Positions 38,063-53,749 are shown, counted from the stretch's first letter. The stretch is DNA of 64,000 nt from Amoebidium appalachense (GCA_963693365.1 CAVNZM010000001.1:18586783-18650782); one strand, 5' to 3'. Numbers and translations: made by a program. Notes: generated from the letters alone by a model not told the origin.

Positions 38063-41000
38063 TTATCCATCAGGGTTTGAAATCCGTCTGCTCGCACCAC
38101 CCAGGGGGCGGGCCGGCGAGTTTCCAAACATGTCGAGGCTGGACGACTGCAGGCTGCCGGACTGCCCAATCACCTGCTGCGCATAATTACCATATGTGGG
38201 CATGTTGGAGACGGAGGACGACGTCATCATTCCGAAAGCCTCCATGCTACTGGACTGCATGGTGCGCTGCGCACCAATCGTCTGCTGCGCATAGTTGCCA
38301 AATGTGGGCGTGCCGTTACCCTTGCCGAACGTGGCCCCAGGCATGCCCTGGCCAAACGTGGGTGTAGGTTTCACTCCGGCCGAGCCCATGCCGAGGGTCT
38401 CCTGAGACTGCGCGCTCAAAGACATGCGGCGACCAATAGGACCAGCCCCGGTAGAAATCTCCGAGCCAATCATACTGCTTGAACCGATTCCGCCGTTTGC
38501 AGCAAACACCGTGTTACCGTTGAGTAGCACCTCGCTACCAAACGAATTTCGGCGTTGAATAGGGCCACCGAGGAGCATTTCAGAGCCGCCGGATGCTGTA
38601 CGTGTGACGGGGCCTGGGCCGCCGGTGCCTGTGTTGATGACAGTGGAGGAGGGAGGCATGGAAAAAGAGGCCTTCTTGGTCAGCTGCGACATGTTGTCCT
38701 GGCTGCCGATGAAACTCATCATGCTGCCGTTGGGCAGCGTGCTCTGTGTGTTGCCGCTCGAAAGGTGTGCTGTGGTATTGCGGCCACCAACAACCTCGGC
38801 AACCTTTTTGGCGAGTCGACGCTCGCGACGACGTGCAAGACCGGCGCAGCAACAACCCGACAGACACCAAAATGCCGACAAAACGGAGCAAACAATCAGA
38901 AGCACGAGGGTGGGCATGCCCAGCTCCGTCACCCCGTCGTTTGCCGCAGTTTCGTCCTGAAGTATTTGCTGGCCCAAGTTGTTGACGATCCCTGCCTGGC
39001 CCGACACCTTCATCTCCGCCATTGGATAAAGGTCGCGGCTACCCTCGCGCAGATCCTTAGCCACCTCCGTGTTGTCGTCTTGTGATTCGTCGTAAGTCAG
39101 CGTGCTTTCGTCGGCGGGAATAACACCCGGTACAGGTGCCTGCCTGCGAACGCGCCAGTTGCTGCCGCCGGGAGAGACGGTAACTTCCCGACGACGACGG
39201 CGGCGCGTCGTTGTGTCTTTGTAGTCGACCAAGACGGTAAACGTCAGGCTAATGTTGTTGTTGTTGCTGTTCGAGTCGGCACAAGCCATCGCCGCCGTGA
39301 CAGGCAGAGGGATGTGAAGTTGGGGCGGGGTGAGGTCCATACGTGAGCTGTAGGTGACGTCGTTGGCAATGGAGCTTAGGTACGTCACGTAGCTGGGTGC
39401 CGCTGTACAGTTACCGTTAGAAGTGCGCACGATGCTTGTGAGCTCAGCGCTACTGATAATGAGTTGTGTTTCGTTGGTCCAAAGACGAATACGCCAGTAG
39501 GACACATCCCCAAGCACGAGCATGTTTGAAGGACGCACGGTCGCAAATGTGTTGTCGGTCATGAGGGACAAATCGGGCGTGAAGGCGGCACTAATGTTCA
39601 GCTCGTTGACCTTGCAGAAATCGTTGGAATCGAGGTAAAAACGCACATCGGCGTACGGGTAATTAACGGTGCTGGGGCAGAGACCGAGGGTGTCCCATGA
39701 GGGCTGGCACACAACGGGGATCTTGGTCATGACGTAGTCTGCTGTCAGCTGACACCCGTAGGCCTTGAAGTGGAAGGTCATGTTGCACAGTTGGCCCTTG
39801 CTGAGGTTGTTGCAGTTGCTTCCTGTGGTGGTCCATACGGTGGTGTTGATTCCTCCCTGTAACAGTGTTAGTCTCTACAACTCGTGTTGTGGTTCTTAAG
39901 GATTATTTTCGTGTCTAAGATTACAAACTATTTGCTCTTTTTGGTATGTTACCCAGCAACGTTGGTACGTGAGCTTATGGTAGTGGTTGTGGGTTTCAAA
40001 AATAGCAACCCATACAGAGGGGGAGTATATGTAAGTGTGCGGTGAAGGCCTTTCAAAATCATTGTACAAATAAAATTCGGAGACAGATGCACTTGCTGAT
40101 AAACGGGGAGGATGCGGGATACACGGCTCCTGGGTGTGCTGGGATGGGAAAGGGAATGTTTGGTGGAGGGGGGGATGGGGGGGGGGGGGGGGGAAGGGGG
40201 GAGGGGGGGGGGGAGGATACATACATTTCCGGTGTTGTTTACGGTCATTGGACCTTGAGAGCCACCAACAAAACTGTAGGGGGAGGGGATGGCCACAAGC
40301 AAATACACATCGGTGACGTTGACACCCTTTGTGATGTTCACGTTGGTGATGACGGCCTGGATGGAGTCTTGGGCTGGCGTGTAGTTGATGACAATCGACG
40401 CGGTAACGGAACCACGACGGCGAATTTGGGCCCTATTTGGGTGGTAAAGAGGACGTGTAAATACTCTAGCTGGCATTTAAAAAAAAAAAATGCAAGTGGT
40501 TGCAGTGAGGTAGTACAAAAAAATCTTTCATCAAAAATGCACCAATTACATGCTGCCAGACTAGTGTATTTCCGCTCACCCATCTCCATCCCTTTTCTCC
40601 TTTCGCACGTCCGTTCAAATTCATACACTCATAACTGGGGGGCACTGGGGAGTTCGTTACTGACCTGATGGTGGTAAGCGCATTGCCGAAACGTGTGGTG
40701 GGGAAAGTAAGAGTCTTGTTGACCCGGGAGTAGTAGATGGTTTCGTAGAAGCGGGCCTCCACCCTGTTGACGTACGTGTAGAACTCGGGTGAAACTGTGC
40801 GGGCGGCACCACAACCACGGATTTTGGTGAAACGAACCTGTTGGAGGAGCGAACACAATCAGATATCGCTTGGAACCGATAGAAAATTTCAAAAATATTC
40901 AAACCTTTTTCCACATTCATATGTGCCTGTCAACCACCTTCTCCCCCCCTAGATGTCGTTCCTTTCCACTGTGGTCGGTCGTTCACACATACGTATTTCC

Positions 41001-41211
41001 CCCCTTGTATCTTTTCCAGCTCCTCTTTTCCTCCATTCTTCGTTGTTAACGTAATCCACCAATACGAACAAAGTATTTGTTGTTCTACACACCGACTATT
41101 GAAGAGGCACAGGAACAGCACAGCAACCGAACACCCCAGTCAAGCACTTCTTCGTTGGAGTGTTTGTGTGTTGATAGGTGCCAAAAGTTTGGTTTTATGA
41201 TTTATTATTCT

Positions 41212-41247
<36 letters not shown>

Positions 41248-41966
41248 ACCCTACTCTTTCCTTCTTTCTTTTTCTATCTTCCTTCCCTCCTCCTTCTTCT
41301 TCTTCTTCTTTTTTTTTGTGGGGGGGGGGGGGGGGGGAGGGGGAGGGGGGGGGGTCTCATTGCCCTGTAGCCGGCACGGCCATTGCAGGTCTTTGTCTGC
41401 AGACTGAAAAATCGGCCGAGAATGTAGTTGAAGGGCACGCTAGGGGTGAGGTAGGAGCAGTTGCCAAACCGCAAATCACTGAGGTAGCGCCCGTTGTACC
41501 AAGGCCCCAAGTCAGCATCGAGACTCAACTGGTTGGTACGCACGTCGGGCTGAACAAGAGAGATGGAAAAGTTCGCCGCAAGACCCCAAGGTTCCATCAG
41601 TTGACACTCGTCTGATCCGTCGTCGTTGCGAATGAGGATGTCACGGAAACCTACCCTCCAGTTGTTGGCATAGAATGCATGGCTCCAAAGATTTGTATCG
41701 ATGATAATTTCTGACTTGGGCCTTTCGCCCGGAGCGACCGGTACACCAACAAAGTCTATCTGGGTGAGAATCTGTACGGGGTTTTTGAGGTAGTGGAGAC
41801 CTTCCCCTAGTGAAATAATATCCCCGGGATTTGCAAACTCCAAAACTGCTGGAATTTCATCTACGCCAGGTGGCACCTCCCATACGGTACCTTGTGCAAT
41901 TACAAGGTTAAGCATCTGTGCCCACAGGGCGAACAGAAAGAAGAGGCTGCGTGTGTATGATCCCAT
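38063..41966 (-). CDS. Type I membrane glycoprotein, ~936 aa: signal peptide, Cys-containing beta-rich ectodomain, polybasic cleavage site, TM helix, Ser/Gly/Met-rich repetitive tail
   Basis: Exons 41966-41364 (GC donor inferred), 40837-40665, 40465-40225, 39856-38063; phases 0, 2, 0 close. Signal MGSYTRSLFFLFALWAQMLNLVIAQ; ANPGDIISLGEGLHYL resembles a beta-helix protein N-terminus; many NxS/T sites; TTTRRRRRRE and RVRR; TM LVLLIVCSVLSAFWCLSGCCCAGL followed by RRRERR. Confidence 0.85.
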
Positions 41967-43899
41967 GGCGGCTATACGATGACTAGTGGCGGTGTTGGTT
42001 TTGCCAGGGCGCAATGAGTGACGGGAGAGGAGAGAGATAAACTAAAAGGTGGGTGAAGTCATAGTCGTGTGATGTGCCAGTCGATCAGTATAAGAATCTC
42101 ACAGACTATTAGATGATATACGCTACTCAACACATTGTTAAGTTTGTTTTAGTGGAAATGCGAGTCTGAAACCTCCTAGCGGTTTCACAAAAAGTACTTA
42201 AAAAAAGGTTAGGCAAACCTGCTTCTTGAAAGCATGTCCTTTTAAATGTTTGTCGTGTTGCAGTTATACCACTGGCACATCCGTAAAGCCGTGCACTACA
42301 AACCACCCACGTGTGTTTTGTTATAGTCACTCCGAAGTTGATTGTACCTGATATATCTACACAGGTACATCGAAACACAACGCTCTGTGACCTTCACACG
42401 AACGAAAACCAGAGTGACTGTAACACCTTCCCCCCTTCAGCATAGTCTCGGGCCGAGCCACGGTTTGTTTAGATCATGAGTGACTCCTCAATCCTATTGC
42501 CGCATTGCGAAATAGATGCAAGGCGCTGATTGGTTTAACCTAACGGAGGAGGCTGGGGAGATAAGGGGGAGTTTTAGATCCGCTGATACTTTCAGTGATG
42601 CAAACATTCCAATATATGCTTATAAACGGTGTCTGCGTAGTTGAAAGGCCATTATGCTGTATGAAGATCAAATAAAATCGTACTTTTTTTTTTGTTCTGG
42701 GTTATGGTACTTACTAAGCTCAAAAAGGTCCTAAAATTCAGCATATGGATGTTTCACAACGAATGAAATAATATGGCGCGGAGTTTAGAAATTTATACTC
42801 CCTTCATTCCCAATAATTGATAAACAAAACACATTGTGATTGGTCTCCACTATTGTCTTGTATGCAAAACGCATTCCATGTGATTCTGGATCGAGATCCA
42901 GAAGCTCGTGTGGGCACCGGAAAATTGGAAGTATTATGTAATGATTATAATGGTATCATGAAAGTGTAATTTTCACCCCATTCACCATAATTAACTACTA
43001 TAGATTGCATGAAAAACTTACAGCAGAATCGAATGTGACCCAAGTACTCTATAGGAGTCATGAGGAGCATGCCTCCATGTGCTGCCCAGAAGTCGGAATG
43101 TTGACGTCATTCAATGTACTATGGAGCACGTGGCACAATAACTGGGACACAGTGTCTGTCATGTACATGAACATGAACAACGATCATGTCATGATCACAG
43201 CCAACTCAAGTAAGTATACATTTTATTGTCACACTGGTGACATTTGTGTATGCGCAGTCTCGCAATGCGGTCAAGAGCATTCTCCAAGGGCCAAAAAATA
43301 TCCTTACCTTATTATGTTTATGTCTCACTACTCAGCTACAGCGCCATCGCTGTCATTGTTTTCTGCTTTTTGCCTTTTTCAAGTGCCACGGGCAGCGGGC
43401 GGAAAAAGTGCTGTGAAGGGCCCGCCGGGCATTCGGAACTTTATAAGCCCTTAAATAGGTCGATGATCCGCCTGACTTCCGGGACTCACTCGCATGCGAG
43501 GACGGTCGCGCGGGACTCCCACTAGCTCTTCCCCCTTCCCGCCATCAAAGTACTAGTTATCATTCCTCTTGACCTCTTTGACTCTTGCGGCTACAGATAC
43601 ATCTGGGTGAGACTGGGTCTCGTGTCAAGAGAAGCCCGGAGCCCCCCCCCCCCCCCCCCCCCCCCCCCCTTGCCCTCCTTCCCCCCCCCCTCCCCCCCCT
43701 CCCCCCCCCCTTCCCCCCACTCCCCCCGCCTCTACCCACCTCTCCCTGTTCTAGCTAGAGATCTCTCTTCTATCCTCGATACAAGATACTATGATATATA
43801 CAAGGGTCTGGGGCCGACTCTTCCTCCCTCTCCCTCAGAGTCCCCGGGCCCCTTCCCCTCTCTCTCTTTCACTCCGAAATGGGGTCCCTTTCCTCCTTA

Positions 43900-45600
<1,701 letters not shown>

Positions 45601-46195
45601 GAGTCGACGTGTCAAGTGTGTCCTCGCCGGAGTCTGGGAGAAAGTTTCGTTTGGGTCATATGAAACTCTCGTCCCAACATGATCACGGTAGCAAACAGTT
45701 CCGAATACTACTTACGGCGGAATCATCCCATTGCTTGGCAGTCACTGCCATGACCCGTATGAGTGGTTCGATGAAGTTGCTTGATTGCTTGTGATTTGTG
45801 TAACACATTTTGTACACAGTGCTGGTGTGCGTTGGGAGGGGGACTCGTCAGCATATTCCCATGATGTGACTACTACTGTTTTTAGCCCTTGAGTAAATTT
45901 GTTGGCAACTCCTGTGAACAGTGTAAGTGTTTTAGAAACAACCGTAGTAGTCTAGCTGAAGACAGAAAAAGTCTAAGCACCTGTGCCGTCGGAGAGTTGA
46001 CCCGGAGTGTATATGTGCAGTGTATGGTCACGGTGTAGGTGGTGTGTGTGTTAGCGTCAGTGTGCATGTGTGTGTGTTAGGGGGCCCGGAGAAACTGGGT
46101 CCAAGCAAGAATGCGTGTTATGTATGAGATCATGATATTAGGAAAGTCTTGCCACGCGGCGTGGGTGCGCCGGGCCTACGCAAAGCTTGTTGTGG

Positions 46196-46255
46196 TGACG
46201 TACACTTGAAACTCGGGGGGGCCACTTGACGTACACTTGAAACTCGAGGGGGCCA
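46196..46255 (+). repeat. 31-bp tandem duplication
   Basis: TGACGTACACTTGAAACTCG(G/A)GGGGGCCA at 46196 and 46227. Confidence 0.9.
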
Positions 46256-46286
46256 GTAATGGCCTGCAAGGTGCGTGTGTGTGTTT

Positions 46287-46363
<77 letters not shown>

Positions 46364-46498
46364 GTGTGTGTTTGTGTGTGTGTGTGCGTGTGTGTGTGTG
46401 TGCGTGTGCGTGTGTGCGTGCCTGTGCGCGTGCGCATGCGTGTGTGCGTGCGTGCATGCGTGCGTGTGTGCGTGCATGCGCGCGCGCGCGCGCGCGCG

Positions 46499-46529
<31 letters not shown>

Positions 46530-47012
46530 GGGTGGGTGGGTGGGTGGGTGTGTCACGTATGTGTGTGTGTGTGTGTGTGTGTTCGGAGTGGAGGGGAGGG
46601 GGGAGGAGGTACTAGTCTAACCATGGGCCCATGACACACAGTCGAATTCGGATTTGAATAAACAACTGTTGAAGAGGCGGACTGATGATGGCTGTGTAGG
46701 TTTGATGAATGGCTCAGTGCTCGGAGGGAAAATCTCTCAGATTCTGTTGGAACTTCGGATTCTTCCCGGAAGCGTTTGTGGAGCCTGCACTGCAATCCAA
46801 AAACGTCAGACGATGGGAATTAGGCGCTCGGAAAGTTAATAAATACTTCTACTGTTTTGTTTATATTTTATTCCCGATTCAATCACTCATAGATAGAGAC
46901 TACCTTATCCTGAATTGGCTTTGCATATGTCACCATGCATATGTTTAGAAAGGCGAAAAACCAGGTGGTCTCAGAAGTGAGGAGTCTCAGGGGGTAAGGG
47001 AGGTTTAAGGTT

Positions 47013-47054
<42 letters not shown>

Positions 47055-47643
47055 GGGGGGTGGGGGGGAGATGGATGGGTGGAGGTGGAGGAGGGTAGCT
47101 TTGTGAAGCAGTGGTTAGAAAGAGAAAGGTCATGGGAAAGGAATATGAGTACATCTTCTACCGAGCATACGCCAAGCAGCGGCACCAGTCAGATCCTGAG
47201 CAGCACGTGGGAAACCTCCGAAACTCTCACAATAATTTCAAGGCATGTCCATCGTTTCTGTATCCCAAAGCCTTTTCAGGTTCCGAATCGTGTAAAACGG
47301 AACACAAGGCTCCACAATTTTCTTGAATATCACTGTCAGGTTCGAATTCACGTAAGACCTAACGAACGTGAGGCTTTTGTCATGAGTGTTCAAGAGACGA
47401 GCTCCACAGCCTCTTGCAATTGAATGAGAAAATGGGCCAGTTTCACGTACATATTCACGTACATATGCATAATGGGCACCTTACGTGCGTGGGCACAACA
47501 TGTATGTATACGATGTGTCATAAGTACACGGGACATGACGGCCACGGCCCACATGATGTGCGTGCCCCTACCCCGCACGGCGCACATGATGTGCGTAGAG
47601 TCTATTCGATCATGGGCACATGCATGATCAGTCTCTTTTCTTT

Positions 47644-47675
<32 letters not shown>

Positions 47676-47686
47676 TTTTTTTTTTT

Positions 47687-47744
<58 letters not shown>

Positions 47745-48944
47745 TGATGTAATGATGGCCTTAGCAATAAGCCCAGCCCACTACATAATGACCTGCTTGG
47801 GTTCGCTCATTCGCACGCTGGGTTTTACCAAAAGTGACACGTAAAACTCCGACCACCCGCTGGTAAACTCTGTTGTTTCGTGTTCATTTTGTCTGCCGTG
47901 TGAAAGCTCTTCTTCATGTTGTTTTTAAATATTATTCGTGCATGCAGTGTATAAGTTCGTGGACATGTGTACACGTACTTTCTATTTTGTGATTTCATCT
48001 TTGTGTTAACATGAATATCACGCTAGCAAAAACTTCTTATATGTACGGCACGGAAACATGGTATGCGCAGAGGTAAGTGCCTATCAAAACCTGTAAGTGA
48101 CACACTTCGAGACTGTGCGTGCCGCACGCGTCGTGCAGCCCATGCACTCACTGTAACTGCGCCCGCGTCAGCGGCCAGTGTGCGGCTGTATACCGGATCT
48201 ACAAGATCAAAGTTTTGAAGATTCTCTTGCAAATCTCTCAATGATTGGCCCAGGAGATCTAGATCTAGATCCTCTGCTGCTGGCGTCAGACTATGATGAT
48301 CAGCGCCTGCCCGGCTATTCGTGCCTGAGCGGCGGAGCTCCGAGCGCGTCCGTGCACGTGGGACCGTCACGGAGTACTACGCTGAGTAGCCTACGCGCTT
48401 GCGTGCGCCGGGTGCGCGTACGTGTGTCATGTGGATACATTTACGTGGCGACTCAGGCTGACTCAGGCATGGCATGCCTAGGCCTATTTGTAAAATTTTA
48501 GGCCTGTGCCGTTTGGCGAGTATGCATGCATGGGTGACTGCTTGGGCAAGACTTCACAATCAGCTGCAGTGTCACTTATGTAGTTGCATGAAAACCAACC
48601 TTTTATGGTGAAGTGTGTGTGTGTGTGTGTGTTTGTGTGTGTGTGTTTGTGCACATGTATGCGTGGTGCGTGCAAGTGTACATGACGTGCGCGTGCTTGT
48701 GATGTGTATGTAAACGTTCACGCGTTATGCCACTGTTTACAGGTGTTTGTGCGCGTGCGTGTGCGTTCCAAAGGCTTCAGACCCGTAAAGCGTGCCCTTG
48801 CCAGGGGGCACGCAGAACCAAGAATTGGCTAGTATATATATATATATATATGAGAAGCAACTTGAGCCATAGAACGGAGTGGAGCCTCGGTTACCAACAT
48901 AAACATAACCCGAAGTTATGTATCATCTGCAAACGTATCATGTA

Positions 48945-48976
<32 letters not shown>

Positions 48977-49007
48977 ATCCCCCCCCCCCTCCCCCCCCTC
49001 CGATCCC

Positions 49008-49039
<32 letters not shown>

Positions 49040-51163
49040 CCCCTGGCGGCCAGGCCCCGCAAGCACCGGCCCGGGGCCCCACGCGTGCGCGTGATGGCAA
49101 AGCAGTCTTTTTCAAGATGATCCACCAAAGGCTTTATTCGTTACGGCCAACTAGTAATAAACTGTGACCAATTGCACCCTTCCGTACACAAGGGTGCTCA
49201 TCTTCCAGTGCGGACTGTGCTTGTCTGTGTGGCGGCCCCGGGGAATGTATGTGTGTGTGGTGTACGTTGGTGGGTATCTGCATGTTCATGTCAACATGTG
49301 AGCATCGCTGGTTTGTGCACTTCGTCTTCGTGTGTGGTCACAATAAGTGTGAAAGGGGTGTGTGTGTGTGTGCGCGCGCAGTGGGGAGACTCAGGTCTGG
49401 GACGAGTCCTGCCCAGGCCCGTGAGGGGTGGGGGGAGGGAGGGGGGGAGGAGCTCGAGCATATGACCGGACGCCGTGTAGCCTGAGTTTCAGGTGATGAG
49501 GGAGTCCAAGGAGCCCAACCTGGGGCACGTGTATGTAAACCGCTTATGATCAGGTTCAATGATTCAATATAGTCATACATGTCGGCCTGTTTGGCTGGGG
49601 GGGAGGCCCACCTAGGCCTGCTCAGGTGGGCATCCTTCTCCCCCTCCCCCCCCCCCTTCTCCCCGCGCGCCTGCCCTCCTCCCCCTGCTAGTTGGAGGGG
49701 CCCGTGGGTCCCCCCCCCCCCCCCCCCCCCCGCGCCTTTCCACCCCCCCCCCCCCTCCCTTCCCCCCCCCCCCCCCCCAAAAAAAAAAAAAAAAAAGAAA
49801 AAAAAAAGAAAAAAAAATTACCAATATACTACCCCACTTCCCGTTTCAAATTCACGAATCCCTCAGACCGGCATACGCACACACACACACACACACACAC
49901 GTGGGCACTGTGAGTCTGTGACTGCACACACGCGGCCGCGCAAACGTTAACATTCACACGCAAACAGTGACACATGCACACGTTCCACGGGCACACACGC
50001 ACATTTACAAAATCCACACGTGCACGGGTGCACACGCGTACACACATGCACATAGGCACACACGCGCACGCACACAGTGTCACGCGCACAGGTACGCACA
50101 CACGCACACACACGTGCACATATGCACACCCATCCCACTCGTACACATGCACATGCCACACACACACACACCCCACACACACACACGCTCACACCACCGC
50201 ACATACGCAAACAAACACGGTAAAACACGCCGGCCCACACACACGCACACACACGCACACGCGCAGAAACTGCACACACGTGCACACGTATGCGAAGGCG
50301 CGCGCACATGTAACAAGGACGTGCACACACACACGCACGCACACGTGACACACGCACACACGCACACACGCACACACGCACACACGCACACACGCACAAA
50401 CACACACGCGCACACACGCAAACACGCACAAACACACACACGCACAAACACACACACGCACACACGCACACGCGTGCACGCACGCAGCACACACAGAGGT
50501 ACGCGCTTTGAAAGCCGCGACCGTTGCTGCGTAGCTTCCTAGTTGATTGCGCAAACGTTAAAAGTAATAAATGATTGGTTCTCAGGTGAGACGTTCGGGA
50601 ATCGTCCTAGCAAAACCGCGATTAAAGCTGTTAAAGCTTAGAAAAGAATGATGATTAGATCAAAGGATAATTAAAAATAAAAGATACATTTTTAATAGTT
50701 ATATCATGTGGCTCACTGAACAATAAATAGAGCCAATGGTTGGCGATCGGCATAAGTATATAAACCCCAAAAAACTTCACAACTGCTGACACAACAAAGC
50801 AGTTTTTGGGCACAAAACTTCTGTTTGTACGTACGACAACACAGAAAAAAAAAAGGTGTGACAATCAGTCTGTGACAAGTTTTAGCAAGCAATAAGGGCA
50901 TTAAAATAGGATAGAAGGCGTTTTACTAGACCGCGAGAGGTGTAACTTTTTCCCTTTATGCAAAAGAGTTTGGATCAACAGTGTTTTTTTCGGCAAGAAA
51001 TCCTGGCTCTAACGTGCACCGTTAAGTTTAATACGGGCACACTCTCAATTCATCCAGTCAAGTAACTATTCTTTTCAATATCTTTTTTGTGCTAAGTAAT
51101 ATTTCTTTTTTTTCTTCTTTTTTTTCTTCTTTTTTTTTTTTTTTTTGTTTCCTCGGCAACAAA

Positions 51164-51630
51164 ATGGGTCTTCAACCGGAGCAGTTTACAGACAAGACCT
51201 CGGAGGCTATCGGGGACGCACAAAAAATCGCCAAAGAGAACAACCACATCGAGATTCGACCGGCACACTTGGCCATTGCATTGTTTTCTGACAACGACGG
51301 TTTAGGTGCGCGTCTTGTTCAGAAATGTGGCGGCGGCGCAAAGAAACTGGAGAGGGGGCTGAGGTCTTTGATGCTCAAGACGCCTGCACAGGTACGTGCT
51401 TGAACTTTCGAAGGTAGATTTGTTGTGTTTGTATCTTTCTTTCTATTCTTTCAAATTCCAACTCATTGCTATTCTTATGGCTTTGGGGGGAAGGGAAGGG
51501 GGGAGGGGGGAGGGAGGGGGGGGGGGGGGGGGGGGGAGGGAAGGGCAATGTTATTTTGCTTTTCGTCCAATTGTCATCAGGCGTGAGTGTTTAATTTAAC
51601 ATGTTATTACCGTGTGATCATTTGTTTTGT

Positions 51631-51678
<48 letters not shown>

Positions 51679-52276
51679 ATACACACCATCCCCCAGCCCC
51701 CACACCACACCCTTTACGCGTTGGCATGCTTCATTAATTTTCTCCATCCCTGCACCCACACCCAACTTATACACCCGCGCATCCACCCTGGTTTCATCAA
51801 ATGAGACCCTCCCCTCCCTCGGCCCCCACCCCCTTCCTTCCCCTCCTTACCCCCTTCCCAATGTCACGAATTTTAACGCTTTCTCGAAACACAGGAGCCA
51901 GCCCCACCCACCATCTACCCATCCGCCCCCACCCTCAAATGGCTCGAAGATGCCACGAGCATCCAGCAGCAACAGGGAGACACCTTTCTGGCCGTCGACC
52001 ACCTCTTGCAGGCCATATGGAATGTGCCAGACTTTGCTCGGTTGCTAGGCGACGCGGGAATCAACAAGAACCAATGGGAAGAGACCATTAAATCTTTAAG
52101 GGGTGGCAAGAAGATCACTAGTAGGTCTGCCGAGGAGCAGTATAATGCGTTGGAGAAGTATGGGCATGATTTGATTCAGGCGGCAGAGGAGGGTAAACTT
52201 GATCCTGGTATGCCGCCCCCCCCCCCCCCCCCCTCCCTCCCCGTTCCCCCCACCCTCCCCCTCCCCCTCCTCCACT

Positions 52277-52317
<41 letters not shown>

Positions 52318-52591
52318 ACCACCACCACCACCAACAACAACAAAAATAACAAAGCCTTTGCCAAAACCCTTTTTTCCCCTTTTCGCACTTCCTCCAATCC
52401 TCTTCTCCACTCTTACCAACCTGCCTCGGCTCTGCCTCCCCCCCTTCTCCCCCCCCCCCCCCAATTCTCCCAACCCCTCCCCCCCCCCACCATCACCGTC
52501 TCCCCTCTACTCTCCTCTCCTTCCGCTTCTTCCAACGCTTCTCCTCTCCTTCCTGTCCACCTCCCGATTTCCATCCCCTTCCTTGATTTAT

Positions 52592-52623
<32 letters not shown>

Positions 52624-53717
52624 TCTGTACGTACACCTCTGACCATGCCCTCTACCCCAGTGATTGGCCGTGACGATGAGATCCGTCGGGTCATCCGTGT
52701 GCTTGCACGCAGGACCAAGAACAACCCGGTATTGATTGGTGAGCCAGGTACGTGTGCATCCCCCCCCCCCCCCCCCCCACCCCCCCTGTCCTCTTCCTCT
52801 TCCCCCCCCCCCCCCCCCCCCCCCCGCTCCCCCCTGTCTCTGTTCCCATTTTGGGGTTGTCCACTTTGATGTGGTAACAAACGATCCCTCTTTCGTTTTT
52901 CTTTCCTCCGCCCTCATACGGGCGAATGCGCACACATACGCACGCACAAAAAACACACACACATGGACAACATACGTGCTCACTCGCGCGCGCGCACACA
53001 CACACACACACACAATACACACTCACACACACACACACACACACACCCACACACACTCACACTCACACTCACTCACACTCACACTCAGCTCACTCACTCA
53101 CTCTGCATACAAGTAAACAACATCCAATTCTCTGCCCTCCTATCCCCTCCTCTCCTCCCCCCCCCCCCCTCTCCTTCCCCCCCAGGCGCCCTTCTGGCCT
53201 GTTCAAATCAAACCCCCCCCCCCCCCCCCCCCGCTCCTCTCCCCTCCCTCCCCCCCCCCCTACACCTCCCCCTTCACCCCGTTCACCCCCTCCCACGCTT
53301 TCCTCCCATACCTCCACACATCCCTATCCACGACTAACACACACATAATCCAATCAGACTAACACACACATAATCCAATCAGGTGTTGGCAAGACAGCAA
53401 TAGTTGAGGGTTTGGCGCAGCGTATCCTCCGAGGGGACGTACCCAACAGTCTCAACGCCCGTCTTATAAGTCTGGACATGGGGGCACTCATCAGTGGCGC
53501 AAAGTACCAGGGAGATTTCGAAGAGGTATGTAAACATGTGCACACACTCTGTCGTCCCCCCCCCCCCCCCCCCCCCCCTCTCCCCCTCCATCCCTCCCAC
53601 CACCACCACCTCGCACGTTGTCTCCCCCTCCCTCCTCCGTGTTCGCTCCATCCACCTTGAAGTTCCAATCCCTCCATCCTGCCTCCCCCCTCTCCCTCCT
53701 CTCCCCCCCTCCCCCTC

Positions 53718-53749
<32 letters not shown>

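Noticed and set aside
39950-40095. Extra exon in the last intron of the membrane-protein gene
   Set aside because: Exons 40225 and 39856 join directly in phase 0 with sensible sequence (NNTGN-GGINTT), so no extra exon is needed.
50593-50607. Heat-shock element upstream of HSP104 (gTTCg gGAAt cGTCc)
   Set aside because: Only two perfect pentamers, ~560 bp upstream of the ATG; too weak to call.
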